A stretch of DNA of 64,000 bases from an uncultured Methanosarcinaceae archaeon (GTDB lineage Archaea; Halobacteriota; Methanosarcinia; Methanosarcinales; Methanosarcinaceae): positions 224,001-288,000 of the forward strand of contig CAVTET010000003.1 in the NCBI GenBank assembly GCA_963733675.1, read 5' to 3'. Shown here one piece after another: positions 12,023-23,742 of the stretch; within the stretch, counting starts at the first letter, position 1, and every line of letters starts with the position of its first letter. The notes under the pieces were generated by a model, which ran no database searches, was not told the origin of the DNA, and saw only the letters and a program-made list of their open reading frames with translations. A program made the translations under genes and the position numbers.

Positions 12023-12751
12023 ATGAAAGTGGATAAGTCGCAATCAAGTAGATTGTATGCTGGCAGACCAGCTTCTGAAAAAATTTATGACGGCAAACGT
12101 TCGATAGGCAGACCGCAATCAGATCGGCAGTCAGAAAGAGCTTCGCACTCATCTGGCAAATCCCTGGATAACTCGCAAGGCAGAGAGGAATATGTATGGG
12201 TTCTAGATTATCTGCCCTATGGGAAGTTAGTTGATGGCACTAGTGTATTCCAGAAAAAACCCCTTGTACAAGCTATCGGAGATAAAAAGTTCACCTTGAT
12301 GGAGCTTGTTCCCAAAAACGGTGTGATTCCTAACATCCAGTCAAAAATTTACATAGGTCCTGGAGATAGGAATGAAATAGATCACGTAAAGCAGAGAATA
12401 GGTTATACTGACCTTACTACGGGGGCCAATCTTGAAATGCCTTTTATTCTTGAAGCTTGTGTCAGGAATCAGGAGGAACGTTTTGTGAAATTTTTTAATG
12501 ATGCCCACTCTATTACTACCAGGCTTCATATGCTTGAACTTTTGCCAGGAATAGGAAAAAAGCTTATGTGGTCCATGATAGATGAACGAAAAAAAGGAGA
12601 CTTTAAGAGTTTTCAGGATATCCGTGAAAGAATTCCAAGCTTGCATGATCCAGCTAAAGTTATTGCCCACAGAATCGAAGTTGAACTTAAGGATGACTTC
12701 ATCAAATACAGACTATTTACCACCCTTCCGCGCCGTCAGAGACCCATGTGA
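12023..12751 (+). CDS. DUF655 domain nucleic-acid-binding protein
   Basis: VLDYLPYG..FTLMEL..RLHMLELLPGIGKK; conserved rpoF-DUF655-ksgA order. Confidence 0.9.
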   Translation: MKVDKSQSSRLYAGRPASEKIYDGKRSIGRPQSDRQSERASHSSGKSLDNSQGREEYVWVLDYLPYGKLVDGTSVFQKKPLVQAIGDKKFTLMELVPKNGVIPNIQSKIYIGPGDRNEIDHVKQRIGYTDLTTGANLEMPFILEACVRNQEERFVKFFNDAHSITTRLHMLELLPGIGKKLMWSMIDERKKGDFKSFQDIRERIPSLHDPAKVIAHRIEVELKDDFIKYRLFTTLPRRQRPM

Positions 12752-12890
12752 ATTGTGGAATCTTTTTTAGAGAATATGTTCGGATTTCTTATTTTAGATA
12801 GATTTGATTTTAATTATTTATTCACTTTTATTCAAGCTGCTTTAATTTGTTTCAGAACAAAATATTTGCTTTATTAAGGAGGTTTCAGTC

Positions 12891-13706
12891 TTGGTACTTT
12901 CTCTTCTTGAAAAATATAACATAAAGGGAGGTATTTTTGATCAGCATTTTCTGGTCGATGAAGGTTACCTGGACAGAATTGTGGCGGCTGCTGAGTTAAG
13001 GTCTGAGGATATTGTTCTTGAAATAGGTGCTGGTGTCGGAAACCTTACTGAAAGGCTGGCACAGAAGGCAAAAAAAGTAATTGGCATTGAACTTGATCCG
13101 ATCCTAGTTAATGTCCTTCATGATCATTTCGACTATATCAAAAACATTGAAATCGTCGCAGGTGATGCCTTGAAAGTTGATTTTCCGAAATTCGACAAGG
13201 TCGTCTCAAATCTTCCCTATTCCATCTCTTCAGAAATAACCTTCAAGCTTCTCCATCATAAATTCAAACTCGGAATCCTTATGTACCAGTATGAGTTTGC
13301 AGCACGCATGGTTTCAACACCCAACTGCAAGGACTATTCCCGTCTAACTGTTGATACCTACTATTTTTCAGATGCTTCTATTCTTATGAAAGTCCCAAAA
13401 GAAGCCTTTCAGCCAGTACCGGAAGTTAATTCAGCAGTAGTTAAAATTGTTCCACGCCCAACACCTTTTAGAGTAAGAGACGAAGCTTTTTTCATGAAAT
13501 TTGTAGCAGCAGTCTTCAACCAGCGCCGGAAAAAGATAAGAAATGCAATCCTGAACACAAATTGCATTCTCAAAATTCCTAGCATTAGAGAGTTAATTGC
13601 TCAACTCCCTGAGAATTTGATGGACAAAAGAGCTGAGAACCTGACTCCTGAGCAGCTTGCAGAGGTTGCAAATCTGATTGTTGATTTGAGATCAAAGAGT
13701 TGGTAG
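12891..13706 (+). CDS. rsmA: 16S rRNA adenine dimethyltransferase KsgA/Dim1
   Basis: DQHFL, LEIGAGVG, SNLPYSISS, F.QRRK; TTG start with AAGGAGGT RBS. Confidence 0.95.
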   Translation: MVLSLLEKYNIKGGIFDQHFLVDEGYLDRIVAAAELRSEDIVLEIGAGVGNLTERLAQKAKKVIGIELDPILVNVLHDHFDYIKNIEIVAGDALKVDFPKFDKVVSNLPYSISSEITFKLLHHKFKLGILMYQYEFAARMVSTPNCKDYSRLTVDTYYFSDASILMKVPKEAFQPVPEVNSAVVKIVPRPTPFRVRDEAFFMKFVAAVFNQRRKKIRNAILNTNCILKIPSIRELIAQLPENLMDKRAENLTPEQLAEVANLIVDLRSKSW

Positions 13707-14619
13707 TCTTATACTTTGATAAAAGATCTCTTTCACTTTTACCCCACCCATTTACCTCACAAATTTGATTTCAACATTTGTTTTAAAAATTTAATTCGTT
13801 TATTAACTAGTATTGGGAAGTTAGTTGAATGAAGTGAAGATTATACTTTTGATTATGACATTTGATGAAAGATGTTATCAGCATGGAAATATATCTGTTT
13901 AGTATAACTATTTAATATTCAAATTTATTTAATATAGTAAAAGACTGGCTGAATACTATGTAAGTTATCTAATATTAAAGGATATGTTCTTATTATTTAG
14001 AATATAAGGGTGACAAAGACACGACAAAATATTTTTTTTGAAAGTTTGAATATATAAGAGCAAACGTTGGATTATACGGAATTCTAAACTATGTTTCTTA
14101 ATATGTTATATTGTTTAATTAATATATAACTGTTTGATATAACTTAAAATATAATTGGTCAGGTAACTGGTATCCTGTAGATGGTCAGGGGTATTAGTAT
14201 CCGATAATATTTACCACATATTTATTCTTCAAAAACTGATTCTGGAATAATAATTGGTAAATAACATTAGTGTATTTTTTCTGGCAAGAGCTGCATTGCG
14301 GCAATTCTATTGAAGTTATATCAGGTTGGACTCAAATTGGTAACTATCAACCGACCTAAAAATTGAACTTAAAAACGTAAACATCAACCACTCGATACAA
14401 TGCAACTCAGTTGATCCAAAAGAAGCCTGTATTAAAACTAAACCAATTTCTACATTGGATAATGGGTAATCACTATCTAGAATGATGCATGAAGGAATTA
14501 CTTCAATATGAATTGATCTTCAAATATTTTTTTTATCAATTGTAAAATTGAACTTAGTTTTAAGGGGGCTTAAGACAGCAGGTCAAAAAAATTGTTGTAA
14601 AGGCAGAGGTGATTTTAGG

Positions 14620-15327
14620 ATGTTTAAAATTAACTTGGGAACCATTGGAGAAATTAACCTTAAAAGAAATAACCTAATAGGCGCTGACCTTGAAGAAGCT
14701 GACCTTAAAGAGTTTTACTTTGAAGGGGCTAACCTTAGAGAAGCTAACCTTAAAGGAGCTAATCTTGAGAAAGCTAACCTTAAAGAAGCTAACCTTAAAT
14801 GGTGCAATCTTAGAGAAGCCAAATGTCATGGGGCAGATCTTAGAGACGCTAATCTAATAGAAACTGACCTTGAAAGAGCTGATGTTATTCAAGCCAACTT
14901 TCAAAGGGCTAACCTGAGAGGAGCTGACCTTGAAGAAGCTGATCTTGAAGGAGCGAACTTGGCAGAAGCTAGCCTTGAAGAAGCTAACCTCAGATGGGCT
15001 AACCTTGAAAGAGTTAACCTGATAGAGGCTCACCTTGAAAGGGTTGACTTTACAGGAGCTAACCTAAAAAAAGCTAACCTTAGAGGAGCTAATATGAAAG
15101 AAGCTAACCTCAGATGGGCTAACCTTGAAGAAACTAACCTTAGATGGGCTAACCTTGAAGGGGCTAACCTTAGAGATGCCCACAATTTATCATTTGACCA
15201 GATTTCTGAAGTACTAACACTTCAAGGTGCAAAATTAAACGAAGAGCTATTTAAATCACTAAAAGAGGACTACTACGCCCTTTTTATAGCACCTGAGAAC
15301 TCTATGAATGATAAGATATTATCATAG
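14620..15327 (+). CDS. Pentapeptide repeat protein
   Basis: A(N/D)Lxx repeats; C-terminal cap NLSFDQISEVLTL; GAGGTGA RBS. Confidence 0.9.
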   Translation: MFKINLGTIGEINLKRNNLIGADLEEADLKEFYFEGANLREANLKGANLEKANLKEANLKWCNLREAKCHGADLRDANLIETDLERADVIQANFQRANLRGADLEEADLEGANLAEASLEEANLRWANLERVNLIEAHLERVDFTGANLKKANLRGANMKEANLRWANLEETNLRWANLEGANLRDAHNLSFDQISEVLTLQGAKLNEELFKSLKEDYYALFIAPENSMNDKILS

Positions 15328-16492
15328 ATTCACAGAAAATAGATACCTCAGCCATTTCCAGATATCTTCGTCAAACTTTTTATTTTTTTGCTTTAATATT
15401 ATCTGAGGTGCTTTTAAGATACATCTAACGCAATTCAATTTAGCTATATCCTAAACTCTTAACTGAAAACCTTAAAAATAGCATGGGTTTTCTTTCTAGG
15501 TTCTACAATTTTCTCGAAGAAAGTGAATTAAAAATTTGCAAAAAATCTGATGTAAATACCTAAAAACATTGTTTCTTATAAAGATATTCTACTAAAATCG
15601 ATACTATTAATTTGTGATAAGATATTTCTTCAAAAATTAGTGTTTACTCATGGTATGCATAAAGTAATACGATATTATAATAGACATAACACTCGAGGCA
15701 TCGAATAAATTAAATTTTAACATGAGTATATATGCATTACCCACAGTTCCACTGCAAGAAGACAATGATCTCATTTCTTAGCTATGTACCTCAGAACCCA
15801 ATTATTCCATATTTTTTAGGAATAAGGTTATTTACTCTCGCCAGTGCTCAATAAATGCTAAAAAGCATTAAAAAATCAGAGCAAAATTCAATAAATACTC
15901 TTGCCATCAACTTTTAATGGAAATTAATTTGAGAAAATTATTTATATATAATTCTGAATTATCGCTCGACTTAAAAATCCTAGTTGGGAATTTTAATATG
16001 GGTAATTAGAAAACAATCTGGAGATGCAACTTAGTTACATTTAGAATAACTTTGTTTAAAATTAACTGAGTATAGTTTATCTATACATTTAGGTTTGTGA
16101 CTGTAGGTAATAGTGCGGTAAGAGTGATAGGTCGTCGATGTTGTGGATATGCATATATTTACAATGAAAAATTATTCATAAGCAAGCTATCTACATGCAA
16201 AGCTTAATTGATTTGGATTCGGTTAAAGTTCAAAACATCAAAAAGTATTATTTTTTATGCTACATATCCAGAAATTATGCTGGGAAATCAAGATACTTAG
16301 CACTGATAATAAATTGAATCCAGTCACATTTAATCTAAAGTGGGATTTTAATCATTTTTCATATTAGGTCAATAACTCACAGACATAACCCACAATTTTA
16401 ACATAGAATAATATTATTGATATTTAGTATCAGTAAATGTAATTCTAAGTCACCATGATAAAATAAGAAATATCATTGAGTCGTGGGAAATA

Positions 16493-17274
16493 ATGCCTAG
16501 TCACTACAACCTTGTCTCCTGGAATGTAAATGGTCTTCGGGCTGCAGTCAAAAAAACTTTCTTGATCTTTTGCTAGAGCAGAAGTTTGATGCCGTCTGCA
16601 TCCAAGAAATTAAAGCTTCTAATGACAAACTCCCGAGGGAAGTCAAGAATATTTCGGGCTACTTTAAATATTTCGTTTCAGCAGAACAGAAAGGCTACAG
16701 TGGAGTAGGAATTTTTTCAAAGAGAAAGCCCCTGAATGTTGAGACTGGAATGGGAATCGAGAAGTTCGATAAGGAAGGCCGCTTCCTCAGGGTCGATTAC
16801 GATGACTTTACCTTAATGAATATTTACTTTCCGAATGGAAAAGCCTCTCCAGAGCGCTTGGACTATAAGATGGCCTTTTATAATTCCTTTTTTGACTACG
16901 CAAATACCCTAAAATCCAAAAGGAGAAAACTTGTCATTTGCGGTGATTTTAACACTGCCCATAAAGAAATTGATCTCTCCCATCCCAGAGAAAACAAGAC
17001 TAGTTCGGGTTTTCTTCCAGAAGAAAGGGCTTGGATAGACAAGTTCCTTGATGCAGGATACATTGACACATTTCGCATGTTCAACACAAATGGTGGAAAC
17101 TATTCTTGGTGGTCAATAAGAACTAGGGCTCGCGAAAGAAATATAGGTTGGCGGCTTGATTACTTTTTTGTCAGCGAAAATCTTCAAAAAAATATAAAAT
17201 CTGCTCCAATTTATTCCGAAATCACAGGCTCAGATCACTGTCCTGTAGGGCTTGAACTTGAATTCAATGTTTAA
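16493..17274 (+). pseudogene. xth: Exodeoxyribonuclease III, frameshifted near 5' end
   Basis: MPSHYNLVSWNVNGLRAAVKK from 16493, then a 1-nt loss in the A7 run at 16550-16556; the rest (QEIK, GDFN, WRLDY, SDHCP) is in ORF 16570-17274. Confidence 0.85.
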
Positions 17275-17529
17275 CGTTTTCTTTTATAATTTTCCCTTTC
17301 ATTTGAAGAATTATATGTGTCTACTTGAAAGAAAAGAAACAGATCTCTTTTTCACGAAAGAAAATCGGGGAGCAAAACTCGGATAAAAAATTCAAATTAC
17401 ATCGAATGAGCTTAAGGCCTCAGTTCCAAAATCCAGCGATGAACGTAAAAATTGAAAGTCAATGTATTTTAAAATTGGTTACAACCCTTGAACCGAGATT
17501 TCTCAGATGTACATAGATATAGAATTTGT

Positions 17530-17802
17530 GTCCCATATCTGTTATAATTCATGATATAAGAACCACATGATTTTCGTGCTAATTAGTTTAAGTTAGTACT
17601 ATTTAGAACATATGCAAAAAAACCACTTTATGCCATGTTCAGCTAATATATCATGATCCATAAATGCACTCTGGCATAGATTCCGAAATAAAATGTTTTA
17701 GTGTAGTTATGAATCTGAAAGTGAAAAATAGTTACGTAACTCTCCAGATCATCTACCTGGCTGCATATACCCCTTTACTGCAGTTTATAGGATCTAGTTT
17801 TA
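17530..17802 (-). repeat. Dispersed non-coding element, copy D (hairpin head + middle + ACTAATTAG tail)
   Basis: 30-nt exact match 17579-17608 (rc) to 62443-62472; head (rc 17750-17802) matches 46048-46102; middle matches 34825-34945. Confidence 0.75.
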
Positions 17803-18260
17803 TGATACATCATTGATGATTATAAGGCATCTGCTGTTAAATGCTGTTGTCACTGCTAAGTATTGAAATTCCAAATTTCGTGGATATACTGGGATCAGAG
17901 AAATGAAGAATCTCAGGAATAAGAAGGACAGCAACCTTTAAAATAAAAAAACTTATATTTTTCAAATTTTACACTCGAGTTTCATAGATATCTTACCCTG
18001 CACTAAATAAGAGCAGCTTCTTCAATTTGATGTAAATAAAAATAATTTTTGAACTATCCGTTATTTGAATATCCACTAATATATGAATGATGTTTTCATG
18101 ACCAAATTTCATTGTAACAATTGTTTGCGTTTTCATTAATTTAAGCAGAATCTGCTCTTGTCTACCGTAATGCGAAACAAAAAAACTGAGAAACGGCTAA
18201 GAGTATTCTGGCACTAACATCAACCACAAAATATAAACAACAAATGAACTCCTTTTTCAA

Positions 18261-18698
18261 TTAAATCGATAGCTTCGAAGATTTTTTATTTTCTATGACG
18301 AATCTTTTGAAGAAATCTCTAAAATAAGGAGGAACTGTGTTCATCTTCAGAATAGTATCAAGTGATATCCATGAATACTCTATATGCTCATTGCTCAACT
18401 TTATATCTGCAATAACGTATCCACCATCGTATACTATGGCAATAACTTTTTTATCCGGAAGCTCAAAGGTGACATATCCTGCAATATTCCCAGGGTTAAT
18501 TGAAATCCCGGTCTCTTCCCCTACCTCCCGCGCAACAGCTTCCTCAAGGAGTTCTCTATGATTTAGTTTTCCTCCTGGCAGATCCCACTTGCCTGGGTTT
18601 GAGTGAGAATTTTGCGATCGCCTTAGAAGCAGAAATTCGCCTTTCTCATTCCGTAAAATGGCATATATGGAAATAATGTATGGTTTCTCCAGATTCAT
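18261..18698 (-). CDS. NUDIX hydrolase (MutT-like)
   Basis: WDLPGG..EEAVAREVGEETGI Nudix box. Confidence 0.9.
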   Translation of the reverse strand: MNLEKPYIISIYAILRNEKGEFLLLRRSQNSHSNPGKWDLPGGKLNHRELLEEAVAREVGEETGISINPGNIAGYVTFELPDKKVIAIVYDGGYVIADIKLSNEHIEYSWISLDTILKMNTVPPYFRDFFKRFVIENKKSSKLSI

Positions 18699-19441
18699 GT
18701 AATAATATTTGAGGTTTCTTTGTCTTAAAAACTATCTTTCTAAAATCTTAAATTATATTCACTCCTTAAATTGAGGTGCTTCTTTAATATATGAGACTTT
18801 TATTATTTTCGGGGTTTTTGAATGATTGCAGTCAATTGCCAGTTGAATTAATGGCAAATTTTAGCAATCCTAGATGCATTAAAAATCCTCTTCTATTAAG
18901 ACAATCTAATAAGTGTTTTTAAAGCCATCTAAGGCAATGTTGTCTTGCTATGCACTAAAAGTAACTCATCCAGGTTAACTAAAAAAATAATCACTAACAG
19001 TAAATTTAAGCCTAATGACACTTAATTTTCAATAATTTATACGAGTCTAATTATTTTTTTTATAATTTGCTCTGCAGCATGCATGATTTTCTGTAAAATC
19101 GCAAATCTTAATAAATTATTGAGTAGATAAATTACGGATATGAAGAACCAAATTACACACAGTAAACAAAAATTTGACGTCGAATTTGCAGCAAATCACG
19201 TTATTACTAGTAATGATTCTACTTTCTCACAAAATTCATCATATATCTGCAGTCGTGCCAGATTTTTCGTATTGTAATTAACAAACATAGCTTATATCGT
19301 AGTTTTTTACTTTTTGGATAATCTCTTAAGCAGGTGAGCTAAAAAATAAATAGCATAAAACCTTTAACTGTCAAAAGCAAAAGTTAAACTACATGTCTGA
19401 GTACTTGATTTTGTACTTAAAAGTCCTAGTCTGATAAAAAA

Positions 19442-20018
19442 ATGGAGCAAGGAATTGATATCTTCCGCCTGTTGAATGAAATAAAGGCATCCAGTAGTTA
19501 TCAAAACCAGATCGTACATATAGAGAAGATTCCCGCCAGTGAAGCCCTTTACACGCCACTTAAACTGGGAAAAAAAGTAGAAGCTGCCCTTTCAGAATTA
19601 GGGATCGAAGATCTGTACTCCCACCAGATAGAAGCCATCGATAAAATCCGAGAAGGAAAAAACATCGTGCTTTGCACAATCACAGCAAGTGGAAAGTCCC
19701 TAACATACCTGGTCCCGATTTTTGAAACTATCCTCGATGACCTGAAAGCAACTGCACTTTATATTTCTCCTTTAAACGCCCTTGTAAATGATCAGTTAAA
19801 GGCTTCTGTGGAATTCGAAGAAACATTAAGATCAGGGGCAGGCATAGCCCGTTATACCGGAGAACTTAGTGAGTTCCAGAAAAAAAGTCAGGGAAGGACA
19901 GAAGAATATTGTTTTCACAAATCCTGAAATGGTTCACATGAGTTTTCTTGCCTGGCACCATCTATGGAGGAGTTCTTTCTCAAACCTCAAATTCATAGTA
20001 GTTGATGAGAGCCATTAT
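19442..20018 (+). pseudogene. DEAD/DEAH-box helicase (Hrq1/MrfA-like), frameshifted and truncated by IS6
   Basis: LYSHQ Q-motif, TASGKS Walker A, frameshift in A-run near 19880, TNPEM, VVDESHY ending exactly at the IS6 IR. Confidence 0.85.
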
Positions 20019-20873
20019 GGTTCCGTTGCAAAAACTTCAACAAAATATGTAAATCTATAAGTGATTAATAAAAATCAAAACATTCAAGGAAAATGTACTA
20101 ACATTATAAAACTATACCAAATAATTGATTAATGTATTTGACTTCATTAAGAACAGAGTAATTTAAATCGATTACTTGTCCTTTTTTGATCATATTTATA
20201 GCTTCAATTCCTTTTAAAGTCTTATTAGCAGATCGAAAAGACTGAAATCCTAACATTGGATTAACGATTCTCTTTATAGATCTGTGATCTTGTTCTATAA
20301 TGTTATTCAAATACTTGATTTGTCGAATGCCTACGTTTTTAGGTAGTATTTTATCAATTTTTAGTTTATCTATAGCAGGTGGATAAGCTGGATTCTTATC
20401 AACGGTTATTAATCTTGGAATTTGATTATGGTTAGAACTTAAAGCTTTCTTAAAGAATCTCTTCGCTGCCTTTCTATCTCGTTTTGAACTTAACATGAAA
20501 TCAATTGTATCTCCATTTGAGTCAACTGCTCGGTAAAAATATTTCCATTTACCTTTTACTTTGATATAGGTTTCATCAACTCTCCACGAATCATTTGTTG
20601 GTCTTAAATGTCTTCTTATCTTCTTTTCTATTTCAGGGGAATATTGATGTACCCATCTCATGATTGTTGTATGGTCGACTTTTACTCCCCTTTCTGCCAT
20701 CATTTCCTTTAAATTTCTATAACTTAATGCATATTTTAAGTACCATCTTACATTCAATAAGATAATTTCCCCTTCATAATGCTTCCATTTAAAGGAATTA
20801 GATAGCATGTTACTATCTTTGGTTTTCTTTTTATTCTATTGTATCATTAGAAAGGATTTTTTGCAACGGAACC
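20019..20873 (-). mobile_element. Complete IS6-family (IS240-like) insertion sequence, 855 bp
   Basis: Inverted repeats GGTTCCGTTGCAAAAA (20019) / TTTTTGCAACGGAACC (to 20873) around an intact transposase. Confidence 0.95.
20104..20808 (-). CDS. IS6-family DDE transposase
   Basis: FKWKHY.GEII..VRWY..SYRNL, WRVDETY, TVDK, LNNIIEQDHR. Confidence 0.95.
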   Translation of the reverse strand: MLSNSFKWKHYEGEIILLNVRWYLKYALSYRNLKEMMAERGVKVDHTTIMRWVHQYSPEIEKKIRRHLRPTNDSWRVDETYIKVKGKWKYFYRAVDSNGDTIDFMLSSKRDRKAAKRFFKKALSSNHNQIPRLITVDKNPAYPPAIDKLKIDKILPKNVGIRQIKYLNNIIEQDHRSIKRIVNPMLGFQSFRSANKTLKGIEAINMIKKGQVIDLNYSVLNEVKYINQLFGIVL

Positions 20874-20890
20874 AAAAGTCTCCAGAGCTA

Positions 20891-21670
20891 TTAAGTAAAA
20901 TCTGTAATCAGAGTCTGTCTTTTGTCTCTTTCCCTTAGTTTTGTGACTCCTATCCATACAAGCCTGAATTTTTGCCTTCCAATAAATTCCGAAAGAAGTT
21001 GGACATTGCAATTTGCTAGTTCTTCTACTTCGGTTATTCCCATCTCTTTTAAGGCTTCAGTTGTTTTATTCCCTATTCCGGGGATTTTTGAAACTTTTAA
21101 CGGAAAAAGAAAGGCTCTGGCCTCTTCAGGCCTAACAATTGTAAGCCCGTCAGGTTTCTGATATCCAGAAGCAATCTTTGAAATAAGCTTATTTGGCCCG
21201 ACTCCTACAGAACAGGTAATTCTTTCCTGCCTCTGGACTTCATCCTTAATTCTAAGGGCATAGATAGCAGCCTCCTCAAACTTCCTGACCTCAGGCCCCG
21301 GTAAAAGATAGGCTTCATCCACACTGACTTGCTGGAACTTTTCAGCAAAACCTTTAAAAATTTCCATTACATTTGCCGAAACTCTACCATAAAGCTTCAT
21401 ATTTACAGGTAAAAAGACAGCATCAGGACAGAGCCTGTAGGCCTGTGAAATTGGCATTGCAGAATGGATTCCATATTCTCTTGCCTCATATGAACACGTG
21501 CTCACAACTCCTCTGCCTGATCCTCCTTTAGGGTCAGAGCCTACAATCACTGGCAGTCCCTTCAATGTTGGCCTTTCTCTGACCTCTACAGATGCAAAAA
21601 AGCTATCCATGTCTATATGGAAGATAATATGCCTTTCGAAATTGTTTACTTTGGGATTAAGGGTAAGCAT
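20891..21670 (-). pseudogene. dinB: DNA polymerase IV (Y family) with apparent in-frame internal deletion of most of the little-finger domain
   Basis: HIDMDSFFASVE, SYEAR, SVDEA, KIAS..KPDG, IPGIG; only 259 aa, jumping from thumb 'VQLLSE' directly to terminal 'RLV.IGVTKL'. Confidence 0.75.
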
Positions 21671-22142
21671 TGTAGTAATATGAGATAAAAAACATAAAAA
21701 GGTTTGAGGAAGTTAGGTGAAAGTATTCATGTGATTAGGATTTACTGGCCCAAATTGAAAATCGACAGCAAGGGTATTTATTGAATTTTGCTATGCTTTT
21801 TAATACTCTTTTTGCATTTACTAGTGGTAATCGGTCATATTTTATATATTTCTATATGATGTAGAATAGCCGAGTTCAGAAAAGCATAGATTGAAGAGAG
21901 AAATGAAAATGGAAAAATTGATGGGAATTCAGATTTTTCTGCTATGTAAGGCTTGTATGGAAACGGTTATGTTAGATCTATTCTTCCACATTAAAAACTG
22001 CGGTTGAGAACAATAGTCGATAGTGGAGCAGACTGTATAAGAAAAAGCACTGCAATCGAGCAGGATATCACAGGGTTCTATTAATTACCCACAACTGAAC
22101 TTGGGGTATTTTCGACCTTTTGCACACTCATAGGACATTTTT

Positions 22143-22937
22143 TCAAAAGTTTTTCCCGTAAAGCTCTTTATTTACGAGTCCGTACTCATCAAAGGCTGTC
22201 CTTAAGCTTGCGAGAATGCTGAGGGTTGTGCTCAGGAGAGTTGAGACATAAATTGCTATCATGATGGCAATCTGATACTTAATGGCAACAAGCGGGCTTG
22301 CTCCCCCAAGGATTTGCCCTGTCATCATCCCAGGCAAAGCAACAATCCCAATTGAATAAATGTTTGCAAGGGTGGGTTTTACTGCAGACCTCAGACTTTT
22401 TCGCAGGTATGGAAGAACAGCCTCATACATATCTGCTCCAATGGATAAGCTGTAAAGGTAGCGATTTTCGTTCCGCTTGATATTGGTATAAAAGTCACCT
22501 ATCCCTGCCACATTTCCTCGAAGCGCATTTCCAAGCAACATACCCGCTATAGGGATCAAGTAGCGTGCATCAAGGAGATTATCAAGATTGATCACGAATT
22601 TATTAACATACAAAAGGACCGCCAGGTTTGAAAAGGCAATGGATAAAATGATAGGCACAAAGAGTTTTTTTACATTCAAGTCGGCACTTTTTATTGTCGT
22701 ATAGGACGCAAAGAAGATCATTACTCCTACCCAGGCCAGGTTCAGAAACCCGCTGTTCAGGCTAAAAATGAAGTTAAGAAAGAGGCCTGCAAGAAAGAGC
22801 TGTATAGACATCCTACAGACAGCTGCCAGAGTGCTTTTTTCGAGTTCAAGCCTAATTTTCCGGCTTATGAAAATCGGAATTGCAAGTAAGAAAAAACAGA
22901 AAACTAATGAGGTATAGCTTATATCATAAATTGGCAT
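22143..22937 (-). CDS. ABC transporter permease, UPF0014/FetB(YbbM)-like
   Basis: R..IQL, IPIAGMLLGN, GIVALPGMMTGQILGGASPLVAIKYQI. Confidence 0.88.
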   Translation of the reverse strand: MPIYDISYTSLVFCFFLLAIPIFISRKIRLELEKSTLAAVCRMSIQLFLAGLFLNFIFSLNSGFLNLAWVGVMIFFASYTTIKSADLNVKKLFVPIILSIAFSNLAVLLYVNKFVINLDNLLDARYLIPIAGMLLGNALRGNVAGIGDFYTNIKRNENRYLYSLSIGADMYEAVLPYLRKSLRSAVKPTLANIYSIGIVALPGMMTGQILGGASPLVAIKYQIAIMIAIYVSTLLSTTLSILASLRTAFDEYGLVNKELYGKNF

Positions 22938-23005
22938 CTTTGAGTCTTCTTGGATGTTGGTTTTTTTGTTTATTTATCTAGTTTGAGGATTGGTCCTGGC
23001 AGCTT

Positions 23006-23657
23006 CTAATGATCTTTTTCAAGATCTATTTTTTCGATCCAATCGCACTCCCATTCCCGATCATGGGATATTACCAGAAGTGTCCAGTTTTCCTGGGCAA
23101 GGAAATAATCAGCCACCGTCTTTTTTAAGTTCACATCAAGAGCAAGAAGTGACCTCATCGAGCAGATATATATCCCTGTTCAGGAGGAGGGCAATGAGGA
23201 TTCCTATTCGCTGCTTTTCTCTGCCCGAAAATTCTTGAAAATTCTTGTCAAGAATATCATCTTCTAGCCCCAGCTCCAGCATGAAAACCCGCCGTTTCTC
23301 AGAGTCCAGCTTATCTCTATTTGCTCTGTAAAAAAAGATATCATTTAACAGATTTTTTACCTTTCCTTCCCCAAGATCTGTATCCTGTACCACGTAAGCG
23401 ATCTTCTGTCTGGCTTCCCAGCATGTCTTGGAGTTAATTATCCGATTCTGAAAGTAAAGTGTACCTTCCACAGGCTTTGTAAAGCCCAGCAACATTTTTA
23501 AAAGAGTGGTTTTCCCGGTCCCGGATTTTCCTCGCAAAAGGATTGTTTGTTTTTTCTTTACACTAAGGTTGAAACCTGAAAGAACTTTTTTGTTTTCAAA
23601 CGAGATTCCTATATTTTCGTATTTTATCAGTTCGTTATTTAATGGCTCAACAGACAT
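23006..23657 (-). pseudogene. ABC transporter ATP-binding subunit (FetA-like), +1 frameshift after Walker B
   Basis: GKSGTGKTT, LLDEVTS, then an extra T near 23145; the alternative frame continues ALD..LLVISHD to a stop at 23006. Confidence 0.8.
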
Positions 23658-23742
23658 ATTCTTAATCTCTCGATTTTGTGGGATATTAATATTACTTGGC
23701 TAAAGAACAAGTTCAGAGAATATACGTTCGGTTTTCAATTTA

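Noticed and set aside
13704-13706. TAG stops of rsmA, the metallophosphoesterase and two pentapeptide genes as pyrrolysine readthrough
   Set aside because: The proteins are already complete at these stops and no meaningful extension is evident
16550-16556. Programmed frameshift or phase variation in xth
   Set aside because: A7 runs are common in this AT-rich DNA and no stimulatory structure is seen; decay or sequencing error is simpler
22085-22120. Hairpin TACCCACAACTGAACTTGGGGTATT resembling an IS200/605 end
   Set aside because: Isolated and short, with no partner end; could be a terminator for the permease
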